DNA from: Phaeosaccion multiseriatum
Taxonomy: Eukaryota > Protista > Ochrophyta, other classes
Assembly (NCBI GenBank): GCA_965112735.1
Contig: OZ218956.1
Location: 1,984,001-2,048,000 of the forward strand
Length of the DNA: 64,000 nt
Reading direction: 5' to 3'
In this document: positions 13,835-24,700 of the stretch, piece after piece
Layout: each line of letters begins with the position of its first letter
Numbering within the stretch: the first letter of the stretch is position 1
Program-made: the position numbers and the translations under genes
Notes under the pieces: model-generated
Databases searched by the model: none
What the model saw: only the letters and a program-made list of their open reading frames with translations
Told to the model about the DNA's origin: nothing

Positions 13835-14366
13835 GCAAGAGGAGGAGGAGGAGGAGGAGGAGGAGGAGGAGGAGGAGGAGGAAGGGGGGGAGGAAAAGCG
13901 TTGAGATGGGTGAGTGAGATGTGTGAGTGAGTGAGTGGGTGAGACACCAAGAGAATGACGGAGTGAAATTGATTTAGCTCAATCCGTTGCGTCCCAGCCC
14001 CGCAGGACCTCCCACCCCCTCACCCCACATACTACCCCTCACACCCCACCACAAACCACCCGCCCACGCACAAGACACACACCCACCTGTATGACAGAGC
14101 CTCTGATGTAAGTGCATGCACATGAGCGAGGCCTCCATAGGCGGCTGCCACACCGCCTGACCGGAGGAGGAGGAGGAGGAGGAGGAGAGAGGCAGACAGA
14201 GCACCATTGGTGTCTCCAACACGGCCATTGCCAGGTCTAGTACAGCCCGAAGAGCGGTCAGCAGCAGCGCCAAAGCCCGCGCCGCCGCCACCGCCACACC
14301 CTCGGCCTCGTCTTGGTCGTGGTGGAGGGGGTCGAGGGAGGGGGGGAGGGCTTCCAAGGGGACGTG

Positions 14367-14434
<68 letters not shown>

Positions 14435-16599
14435 TTGATGGCGATGAGGGCACGGTGTGTGGTCTAGGTGCCGCTCGCCCACCCTGTTTGCGTCTTTCGT
14501 CCTCTTCCTCCTCTTTCTCCTCCTTCACCTCCTGTTCGTTGTCCCCCGCCTCCGTCTCCTCGTCCTCCTGCTCCTCCTTGTGCTGCTGGCGTACACTGGC
14601 GTCACCTCTCTGAAGTCTCTCCATCAGCAGCTCCTCCATCAAACCCGCGGAGCTCACTTGGCGCATCACGTACTCTAAATCCGTCGCCGGAAACCCCCTC
14701 CCTTGGCCTCTGAGCACCGGATTGATTCGCACCGATGCCTCCACCTCTTCTTCTTGTCCTCCTCCTCCTCCTCCTCCTCCTCCTCCTCCTCCTCCTCCTC
14801 CTCCTCCTCCTCCTCCTCCTCCTCCTCCTCCTCCTCCTCCTCCTCCTCCTCCTCCACCGCCACCACCGCCAGCCCCCTTCACCCGGCCGCCTCCCCACCT
14901 TCCTCTTTTGCCCCCCATGACACTGCCTTTACAACTCTCTCCTCCTGGAACTTTCGCTGGTGCAACACCTGGAACCCTCTGACCTACACGTTCGGTGCTG
15001 CTGCTGCTGCTGCGGAGCCTCTTGCAGCTACTCTCCTTCTTCTCTTCCTCCTCCTCCTCATCCTTCTCCTGCTCCTGCTCCTCCTCCTCCTCCTCCCCCT
15101 CTCCCTCAGCAGCAGCAGCAGCCGCAACGCACTCTCCGCCCCCTCCAAGCTGGCCCTGCTCGAACTCCCACGCCAGCGGAACGGTGGGCAGGTATTGGAG
15201 CTCGTGCGGGTTGCATTGCCTATTCAAGGTCATGATGGTGTGGAGGTGCGGAGGGAAGGATGTGTTGGGGGCATAGACGGACGGCGAAAACTCCACCAAA
15301 GCTCCACAAAAAAAAAAATGAAATTCACGGGGTAGGTAGAAGCAGCGGCAGAAGTAGCAGCAGCAGTAGCAGCGGTATTCGTCTGTAGCCCACCCACCCT
15401 CTCACCTGTATAGGACCATGTAGCTGAAGGTTCGGTAGAGGCCGCCGCAGCAGTGCAGCGAGTCAAGGATGGGCCTCCCGTTGTGTTCTGTAACGGTCAG
15501 CCAGATGTTGGCGGTTTGGCGTTTACGTAGAGTGTCAGGGTTGGGACGACCAAGGAGCCCGATTCCACCACCACCACCACCCCTTCCTCCCCCACCTTCC
15601 CCACCTCCTCCACTGGTTCCTCTGATGCTGCTGTGGTTGTGGGTGCTGTAGTCAGAGCTGTTGCCAGCACAGTTCGATGACTGCCATTCCCCCAGCAGGA
15701 TGGGGGGAGACCGTTGTCGGGAGCAATAGCTGTTCATGGGTGCCAGCCGGTCGTCGTCTTGGAAGAGGGGGGATGATACGCGAGCGCCACAAACGGGGGT
15801 CCGGGGGGGGGGGGGGGGGGGGGGGCGCCAAGGGCAAGCAACACGATACGAGAGAGGAGGAAGGGGAAGGGGGAAAGTATACGAGAGGAGAATCAAGTTG
15901 ATGAGGGAAGGGGAAGAGAATGGACGAGAAGGGACAGCGTACGAGAGGAGGATTAAGTTGATGAGAAGGTGAGAAAGAGAATGGAGCCTGAGAATTTTTC
16001 ATCCTGGCTCTCAAACCCCCCTTTAGCTATCGTCTCTGCCCTGCCTGCCCCCCCCCACCACCCACCCTCCTCCTCCCCTTCTCTCCCTCTCTCTCTCTCC
16101 TCGCCATCTGCAGACCCCCTTCTGTCACTCACTTGCCAGATCGGCGAGAGCTGCTTCTACGCGCTCAATAGACGGGTGGCTGACACTCTGCCCTGTAGCT
16201 TCGTCTACCTCTGTATGCACCATGATCATCGCTCCTACCAGGCACTTGAAGCTGTGTGTGTTCCAGCCCACCAAGTAGCCGCGCCGCTTGCCCTCTTTGG
16301 TGGATAAACCCCGCGCGAGGTGGGTGAGGAAGTTAGAAAAGAAAAGCACATTGCACATGGAGGGTGATGTGTTCTTCTCTACAATAAACAGGAATACGTT
16401 CAGTCAATACAGAGAATGGGAGCGGAATGGAGGGAGACAGAGCAGTGCGCTGCTAACCCAAAATGCCAACCTCAGCTCTGTCACCCTACGAAAATAAGGG
16501 GGGCAACTTACCCCTGGACAAGGAATGCCATGGGATGTGGTCTGGCCAGAAAATCTGACTAATGAAGCGCTGCTGCTGCCGCCTCCTGCCAGACGACAT
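10754..16599 (-). CDS. PIGQ: GPI-GlcNAc transferase subunit Q (Gpi1), multi-exon with low-complexity insertions
   Basis: N-terminal QIFWP and GYLVGWN; Gpi1 core [48 protein letters not shown]|[29 protein letters not shown]; C-terminal [10 protein letters not shown]. Ends are approximate. Confidence 0.85.
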
Positions 16600-16776
16600 G
16601 AGAGGAGAAGGAAGGGAGAAAGGAGAGAAGGAAGGACCGAAGGAAATGGAAAAAAAAAATACTTATTGACTTACGAGCGTGAGGAGGGTTGGGAAAGTTG
16701 TACTCGGCCGTTGCCATCTGTGTACATACCTAAGCTGTATACAATGTAATATACTCCTATACAATAGCTTGCTTGG
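16600..16776. promoter_or_regulatory. Short putative bidirectional promoter (PIG-Q / PPR-SMR)
   Basis: Only 177 bp separate the divergent ATGs at 16599 (-) and 16777 (+); AT-richer than the flanks. Inferred from geometry only. Confidence 0.45.
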
Positions 16777-19770
16777 ATGAAGGGCAACCCGGGAACCGCC
16801 TTGGGCTTCATTCCCGCAGCAGCAGGAGGCGGTGTTTCTTCTGCTGGTGGGTGTGGTACTACAAGCTCATGGGGAAGATGGCTCTCTGCTCCCTTTCCCC
16901 CTCCTTTGGGGCGGCAAGTCCTCCGCTTCCTTGGAGCCAAGGGTGATCTCAATGCGGAAGGGCCGCGTGGTAGCAGCGAGCGAGGACGGCAAATAGCGTT
17001 GAACAAAGAGATACAGAGACTTGGAACTACGCGCGACTGGAGGGGGGTGGCGAGCACCGTCGAGGAGGCGAAAGCAGCGGGGCTGATGAACGTCATGTTG
17101 TACACCTCCTCGATTGCTGCGGTGGGTAAGGCTGGGCGATGGAAGGGCGCGCTTGCTCTATTCAGTGAGATGCGAGAGGGGGGGATTCAGCCCAATGAAT
17201 TCTCGTACAGTTCTACGATAAGTGCTTGTGGCAAGGCAGGGAAGTACGAGGAGGCGCTTGAGTTGCTGGAGGAGATGCGCAGGGAAGGGCTTCGACCCAA
17301 CCAACTCACATACACTTCTACGATTAATGCTTGTGGCAAGACAGGACAGTATGAGAAGGCGCTGTCCTTGCTGAAGGAAATGCGCAGGGACGGGCTACGG
17401 CCCCATGAATTCTCGTACAACGCTGCGATTTCTGCTTGTGGCAAGGCAGGAAAGCACGAGAAGGCGCTGGAATTGCTGAAGGAGATGCGCAGGGAAGGGC
17501 TTCAATCCGACAATTTCTCGTACGGTTCTGCAATTGAAGCTTGTGGCAACGCTGACGAACACGAGATGGCGCTTTTCTTGCTGAAGGACATGCGGAGGGA
17601 AGGGCTTCAACCCACTGAAATCTCGTACAACTCTGCAATTAGTGCTTGTGGCAAGGCAGGAGAGCGCGAGAAGGCGCTTGACTTGCTGAGGGAGATGCGC
17701 AGGGAAGGGCTTCAGCCTGACAAATTCTCGTACACTTGTGCGATTTCTGCTTGTGGCAAGGCAGGGCAGTACGAGAAGGCGCTTGACTTGCTGGAGGAGA
17801 TGCGGAGGGAAGGGCTTCAACCCGGTGTCGTCACGTACAGCTCTGCGATTTCTGCTTGTGGCAATGCAGGGCAGTACGAGAAGGCGCTTGACTTGCTGAA
17901 GGAGATGCGCAGGGAAGGGCTTCAGCCCAATATATTCTCGTACAACTCTGCGATTTCTGCTTGTGGCAATGCGGGACAGCACAAGAAGGCGCTTGCAGTA
18001 CTGAAGGAGATGTGCCGGAAGGGCGTCAAACCCAATGAAATCTCGTACAACTCTGCGATTTCTGCTTGTGGCAAGGCAGGAGAGCACGAAAAGGCACTGG
18101 ACTTGCTGAAGGAGATGCGGAGGGAAGATCTTGAACCCGATCAAATCTCGTACAACTCTGCGATTGATGCTTGTGGCAATGCAGGAGAGCACGAGAAGGC
18201 GCTTGACTTGCTGGAGGAGATGCAGAGGGGCGGACTTCAGCCCAATGAAATCACGTACAACTCTGCGATTTCTGCGTGTGGCAAGGCAGGGCAGTACGAG
18301 AAGGCGCTTGCCTTGCTAAAGGAGGTGCGAAAGGAAGGGCTTCAGCCCGACCTATTCTCGTACAATTCTGCGGTTAGTGCTTGTGCCAAGGCAGGGCAGT
18401 ACGAAAAAGCGCTTAGCTTACTAAAGGAGATGCGAAGGGAAGGCCTTCCACCCAATGAAGTATCATACGGCTCTGCTATTGATGCTTGTGCCCAGGCAGG
18501 AGAGCACGAGAAGGCGCTTGACTTGCTGAAGGAGATGCGGAGAGAAGGGCTTCCACCCAATGACATTTCGTACGGCTCTGCGATTGATGCTTGTGGGAAG
18601 GCAGGAGAGCATGAGAAGGTACTAGCCTTGCTGGAGGAGATGCGGAGAGAAGGACCTCGACCCAATGAATTTTCGTACAGCTCCGCGATTTCTGGGTGTG
18701 GCAGGGCAGGAGAGCCCGAGAAGGCGCTTGACTTGCTGCAGGAGATGCGCAGGGAAGGGCTTCAACCCAATGTCATCACGTACAACTCTGCGATTGGGGC
18801 TTGTGGCAAAGCGGGGCAGTACGAGAAGGCGCTTGACTTGCTCAAGGAGATGCGGAGGGAAAGGCTTCAACCCAATGAAATTTCGTACAGCTCTGCGATT
18901 TCTGCTTGTGCCAAGGCAGGGAAGTATGAGAAGGCGCTTGGGATGCTGGAGGAAATGCGAGAGGAAGGGCTGGAGCCAAACGAATTCTCGTACAGTTCTG
19001 CAATTAGTGCTTGTGGCAAGGCAGGGCAGTACGAGAAGGCACTTGACTTGCTGAAGGAAATGCGAGAGGAAGGGCTGGAACCCGATGACATCACGTACAA
19101 CTCGGCGATTGATGCTTGTGGGAAGGCAGGGCAGTACGAGAAGGCGCTTGACTTGCTCAAGGAGATGCAGAGGGAAGGACTTGAGCCCGATCACATCTCG
19201 TACACTTGTGCGCTTTCTGCTTGCGGCAATGCAGGGCAGTACGAGAAGGCGCTTGACTTGCTGGAGGAGATGCGAGAGGAAGGCCTGCAGCCCAATGAAA
19301 TCACGTACAACTCTGCGATTGATGCTTGTGGCAAGGCGGGGGAGTACGAGAAGGCGCTGGCCTTGCTTAAGGATATGCGGAGGGAAGGCATTAAGCCCAA
19401 TGACGTGACCTACCGGGCCGCTATCGATGTCCTGTCCGTGCACGAGCAATGGAGCTCGGCTGACGGCTTGTACGCAGAGGCCATCGCAGAGAGTGTTTTG
19501 TCACATTGGAAGAAGAGCGATGAAGGGAAGGTGATGGACTTGCACGTGCACTCGGAGTGGACCGCCAAGGCCGCCCTTCGCTACGCTCTCCAAGTGGAGA
19601 GGGTGCAGGGACAGATCACTGTCATCACCGGCCGAGGCCACGGTAGTGTGGACGGCGTCAGCGTGCTCAAGCCTGCGGTACTGGCGTACCTCAACGAAGA
19701 GCTCGGACTCCATGCCACGGAGCAGCCTGAGCACAGCAACGAGGGCCGCGTGATTTTGAAGCTGGCGTAA
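16777..19770 (+). CDS. P-class PPR protein (22 complete 35-aa repeats plus one degenerate) with C-terminal SMR domain; uninterrupted 997-aa ORF
   Basis: Consensus PNEISYNSAISACGKAGQYEKALDLLKEMRREGLQ; SMR motifs MDLH, ITVITGRGHGS, LKPAV, NEGRV at about 19530-19767. Confidence 0.95.
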   Translation: MKGNPGTALGFIPAAAGGGVSSAGGCGTTSSWGRWLSAPFPPPLGRQVLRFLGAKGDLNAEGPRGSSERGRQIALNKEIQRLGTTRDWRGVASTVEEAKAAGLMNVMLYTSSIAAVGKAGRWKGALALFSEMREGGIQPNEFSYSSTISACGKAGKYEEALELLEEMRREGLRPNQLTYTSTINACGKTGQYEKALSLLKEMRRDGLRPHEFSYNAAISACGKAGKHEKALELLKEMRREGLQSDNFSYGSAIEACGNADEHEMALFLLKDMRREGLQPTEISYNSAISACGKAGEREKALDLLREMRREGLQPDKFSYTCAISACGKAGQYEKALDLLEEMRREGLQPGVVTYSSAISACGNAGQYEKALDLLKEMRREGLQPNIFSYNSAISACGNAGQHKKALAVLKEMCRKGVKPNEISYNSAISACGKAGEHEKALDLLKEMRREDLEPDQISYNSAIDACGNAGEHEKALDLLEEMQRGGLQPNEITYNSAISACGKAGQYEKALALLKEVRKEGLQPDLFSYNSAVSACAKAGQYEKALSLLKEMRREGLPPNEVSYGSAIDACAQAGEHEKALDLLKEMRREGLPPNDISYGSAIDACGKAGEHEKVLALLEEMRREGPRPNEFSYSSAISGCGRAGEPEKALDLLQEMRREGLQPNVITYNSAIGACGKAGQYEKALDLLKEMRRERLQPNEISYSSAISACAKAGKYEKALGMLEEMREEGLEPNEFSYSSAISACGKAGQYEKALDLLKEMREEGLEPDDITYNSAIDACGKAGQYEKALDLLKEMQREGLEPDHISYTCALSACGNAGQYEKALDLLEEMREEGLQPNEITYNSAIDACGKAGEYEKALALLKDMRREGIKPNDVTYRAAIDVLSVHEQWSSADGLYAEAIAESVLSHWKKSDEGKVMDLHVHSEWTAKAALRYALQVERVQGQITVITGRGHGSVDGVSVLKPAVLAYLNEELGLHATEQPEHSNEGRVILKLA
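17092..19401 (+). repeat. 105-bp coding tandem repeat array (PPR units)
   Basis: Near-identical nucleotide scaffold (GCTTGTGGCAAGGCAGG...GAGAAGGCGCTTGACTTGCTG..GGAGATGCG.AGGGAAGGGCTTCA.CCC) every 105 bp. Confidence 0.95.
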
Positions 19771-20384
19771 GTAAGCAAAAGCGTCCAGGGCTGATGAGAG
19801 GGGGGCGTGTTGGTAGTACAATAATCACAACGGCTGGCTGGGAGGGAAGGATGGTGGGAGGGAGGGAGGGAGGGAGGGGGGGGAGGGACGCCGAACAAGG
19901 GCATCACAAATGGCTCAGTGCAAGACCCCCTGATGGAGAAGGTAGGGTGTACAGCCTACAGCCTACTTATTCTTCGTTGACGTTTCATTTATATGTACAT
20001 ATATATAGTCCTACTATATGCTTCTTCCCCAGGGAAGAACAACTTTTTGTTTGTTTTTTGAATAAATAATTAAAAAAACAAAAACAAAAAACAACAAAAA
20101 AATTATGAACTACTTCGAAGTAATAAATACGAACCCACAGCGTCCAGTCCAATCCCAAAGTGCCACTCTTTTGTGTCTTTGGATGGCAAAAAGAGGCCAT
20201 CTCTCTCTAAATCTATCCTGTATATTGTACATCACTAACTCATCATATCTTTCTCTCCCCCATCTCCCAAACCTTGCTTAGGGCAGGGCCGGCAGCCGCT
20301 GGGCCGTCAACCGCAGTGAGTCCATTCCGGAGGGGTGTTGTTTGCATCACAACGAAGCAAAAAAGAAGAGAAGCTCGGCTCCGG

Positions 20385-21654
20385 TCACTCGGTCCCGGTG
20401 TTTGTACGTAAGGGAGATAGACAGGGAGGCTCCTCCTCCTCCTCCTCCTCCTCCCCTCCCCTGTCCTGCTCCTCCACCCCTTCAACGTGGGGTTCCCTCC
20501 ACCCCCCATCCTGTTCCTCCTCCTCCTCCTCCTCCTCCTCCTCCACCACCACCACCACCACCACCTCCCCCTCCTCGCTAAGCCTGCCTGGGAGTCCAAG
20601 AGCGGCCTTGTGAACGTCACGGTGGACGTAGGGAGAGGCGGAACCGAATCCAGCCTGGAGGTGGAGACAACAGAGGTAGAGATAGAGGAGAGAGGGAGAG
20701 AAAGAGAGAGATGGGGAGAGACAGGAAGACAGAGGGAGTGAGAACGAAAAGAGGTACAGAATGAGAGGAGAGCGAGAGAGAAAGGGGAGAGAGCGAGGGA
20801 GATGTCAGAGGAGACACACGCCGCGGCAGGCAGTCCGTGGCGGAGGGCAATGGAGCGAGGCGTGGAAGGAAGGAAGGAACGCATTCACTCATTCGTTGAC
20901 CCGAGTGAACAGAAGGAGGAGAGGCTACTTCTGGGGCCGAGTGCAACGCAACACAGCGGTAACAGTACACAAAGAAACACAAAAAGCAGACACGCACAAA
21001 CCATAATACACATACACAAACATGGCGACTACCCACCTCCCCCCCCTTTGCGGATGCGAAGGAAAGTGCGCAGCGCAGGAGGGCGTCAAACGCAAGGAAG
21101 ACGTTGAGGAAGACAATGAGGTTGGCGAAGTGAGCTTGATGGAACTTGTCGTCTCTGGACACGTCGAGCCGGACCAGCATGCTCAGGTACATGACCTGAG
21201 GGGAGGAAGGCAGGGAGGGGAGAAGAGGGAGGGGAGGAGGGAGGGAGGGAGGGAGGGAGGGAGGGAGGGAGGGCGGGAGGGAGGGAGGGAGGTGGCCAAC
21301 ACACGGTTCAACGGTCAGCAAAACGAGCAACGCGACACACAGCATCACATCACGGGGCTCAGGGGGGCAGCGTGAGGCAGATGGAGATACCATCAGACAA
21401 GGGATTGGTAGAGGGAGGAAGACCCTCAGACAGAGGTGGGTAGAGAGAGGGAGGACGGAGACCCTCACCAGGAATATGACGAGGCTGCCCAGCACCTGAC
21501 GAGATTGGAAGGAAGGAAGGAAGGAAGGAAGGAAGGAAGGAAGGAAGGAAGGAAGGAACAAATGGAGGAAAGACATAAAAAGGACAGAAGGAACAAGGCA
21601 GGCGACCGTCAGAATACAGCGCCATACTGAAGCTTCGCTGCTCTATGCAATATG

Positions 21655-21722
<68 letters not shown>

Positions 21723-24700
21723 CAAGACAGACAGAGAGAGAGACAGAGAGAGATACATGACGACATGGCGCCAGGGCCTTTCCCCAGAAGGTAGAGGGCT
21801 CGCTCGGCCAGGGGGGGGAGGGAGTGGCCTTCACGAAACTGGCACTCACAAAGGAATAGAGCTCCCGCGTCTGTCTGAAGGGGTGGGCTGCAAAGTAGAT
21901 GACGATGCTCACACAGCTCATGATGCAGCCAATCTGAGGAAGGCATGGCAGGTACGAGAGAGAGAGAGTGTCACACACACGTGGAGAGAGGGGAGGGGTT
22001 CACAAGGGTTTCAGCTTCAGCTTCTTAGACCCTTGATATACGACATCAGCCAACCCTCCCCTCCCTCTCTCACTCACCGCTGTCTGCAGTGTCGTTCCCG
22101 GGTTGACAAAGACGAGCAAAGGGCCGAGAGAGAGCCTCCGTAGACACTCCACCGCCTCCCAATAGAAGCACGGCTCGCGGTAATGGCCGGAGAGAACGAA
22201 CCATGCGCTGGGCCATAGGGTGCCATCTGGGCCTTCGATTCGGTCACGATTCGACGCGTAGACTGGGATGGGATTGGATAGAAGGGGAAAGGAGCGAGCG
22301 AGCGGTAGAAGCAGGGCAGGGCAGACCAGGGCAAAAGGAGGGGGGGGGGGGGGGGGGGTTAGCGGGGGCGGAGACGGGGAGGTGGTGTTGAAGACGGTGG
22401 TGGTAGTGTAGGGTGGGAGGGGGATGGGCACACAGGTAAGCGGGGCGTTCAGGCGTCGGCTCAGATCCGGGGTAGGACGAACTGAAATGATAAGGGCCGA
22501 CATGACTACTGGAGGAGAGAATTGAGCCCCTCACCAAACCGCCTTCCCTCCCTCTCTCCCTCACTCACCGAACCCGACGGGGATGCCCACGGTGTAGAGC
22601 GCGATCATAAATCCTGCGTACATCTTGTACGCATCGTGCTACCCACGAGCGGTTGGCAGTGATTTAGCAGTTACAGAACACGGGAGTATATGAGTGGACA
22701 ATGGGCAGTCGCAGCCGAGAAGAGATATGTGGAAAAACACATCCAACCAACCAGGCCGCACGCTGCGACCTTCGCCCCTCCTTGACCCTCCCGCCGTCCG
22801 TTCCTCCCCCCCTCCGTCCTCCCCTCTCCTCCCCTCCCCTCCCCTCCTCCCTCTCACCTGAGAAGTACCGCACTCCAGGGAGTAATCAGCACGCAAAAAA
22901 CTGCCCCCCTCAAGCTCCTCGCACACAAACGTGCGAAACAGCGTCGTAGACACAGGTGCGTACACCAAGAAACATAACACGGCCAACACCAGCGTGTGCC
23001 TCTGAGCCGCCACCACTGCACTGACACGGCCCCAGCACCGGGCTACTCCGAGCGTGAAGAGGAGGATAGCACATACGACGAGGGGTCCGAGGGTAGCGAT
23101 GAGCAGGCGGACGTAGAAGGTGACGCGGCCAAGACAGCCGCGGGAGAGCAGGAGGCCAATGTCGAAGTTGACTATCAAGTCGATGTCGAAGATCAAGTTG
23201 TCGAGCACGGACCCGGGGAAGGAGATGGCGGTGACTTGCGCATACTAAGGATAGGGGAACGAAAGGACGGGAGGGAGGGTGGGAGGGAGGGAGGGAGGAA
23301 GGAAGGAAGGAAGGAAGGAAGGAAGGAAGGAAGGAAGGAAGGAAGGAAGGGAGGGAGGGAGGGAGGAAGGGAGGGAGGAAGGGAGTGAGGAAAGGAGGGA
23401 GGGCAGTGGTGCCAGCAGCGTAGACAAGAGAGAAAGGGAAGAGGCGTGGTGTATGGTGCATACGGAGGTGAGTCAGGAAGGGGGCGGATTTGGTGAAGGT
23501 CAGCCCCAGGTGGGACCGAATCATGTACTCCTTCACAGCAGGTTGGCAAGGGCAAGACCACTACACGGAAACTCGAACACCATGTAAAGATCTCCACCTC
23601 AACTCTCACCTGCGTCAGTATCTGCCACGTGATGAGGAGTGCTCTAAAGTTGCTCCAAGGCACGGCCCACAGCGCTGCACCACCGCTCGTGAGCAGAGCC
23701 GACAGCCCCACCCCTTCTCGTTCTTCTTCTCCTCTTCCTTCCCATCTGCCTCCTCCTTCTCTTTCTTCTCTGCCTCCTTTCCTTCCTCCTTCCTCTTCTC
23801 CAGTCCCTCCCTCAAGGAGGCCGACGAGCCACAAACAGATTAGGACGGAGCCAAAAGCAGCCAAGATGACAAACACTCCGAGCCCGCTTTTCACCCCCCT
23901 CTCGTAGCTGCTCGTACACTCTTGGCACTCGTAGCCCGTCTCGGAGGCGTAGCCTGACTCGCACACAGCACAGTAGGGCCCTTCAAAGCCCTCCGCACAG
24001 TAGTCTTGCCCCACACTGCTGCTCAGCTCGACACCATTCGCGTCAGCAGTAGCGACGGTGGTGTCTACTTGGGTCAAGGCCGCGGTTGCTGCTGTAGCAC
24101 CAGGTGATGTACCACCGACTGCTGCTATCTCACCAACTGCTGGTGCCGTATCACCAACTGCTCCTCCTCCTGCTGCTGATGCTGCTGCTGCCGTATCACC
24201 ACTTGCTGCACACGCCTCCTTGTTCCAGCACTCTTTGATGTCGGTGGTGTATATGCTGTCTCTCCAATACCCGTCGGCAACCCTCAGATCTGTGAGCATG
24301 ACTCCAAGCCGTTCCTCATCCACCATGGTTTCCGCGTCGATGAACTCACAAAACGCCCTCCTATTCGCTGCTGTATCACCAACTTGTCCTCCTGACCTTG
24401 ACACCTCTGACCCCTCCTGCCCGGCACCTATCGCGTCCTCGTCCCAGCTGATGAATTGCGACGAACGGCAACACTCTACACCTGGCACGGCATTGTCCAC
24501 ATCGATGCACCGCGACGAAGAGGGTCGAATGGCATTCAACACGGCCGAGCAGCAGACGGCAGACGACCCCGTGAAGGAGCAAGACGGGCAGGAGAAGGTG
24601 GGGGAGAAGACCGTGTCCCTGAGCACAAAGACTGCCCCGCCAGAGAGAACAGCGCTGTTGTCGATGAAGCGGTGGTTCGGCGCCTTGTTGAGCAGGGTAG

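Noticed and set aside
11950-15130. Many poly-Pro/Glu/Gly/Leu/Arg ORFs in the track
   Set aside because: Artefacts of (GGA)n, (GAGG)n and (GAT)n tracts within PIG-Q introns and low-complexity exons.
17187-19449. Long antisense and alternate-frame ORFs over the PPR array
   Set aside because: Shadows of the repetitive coding strand.
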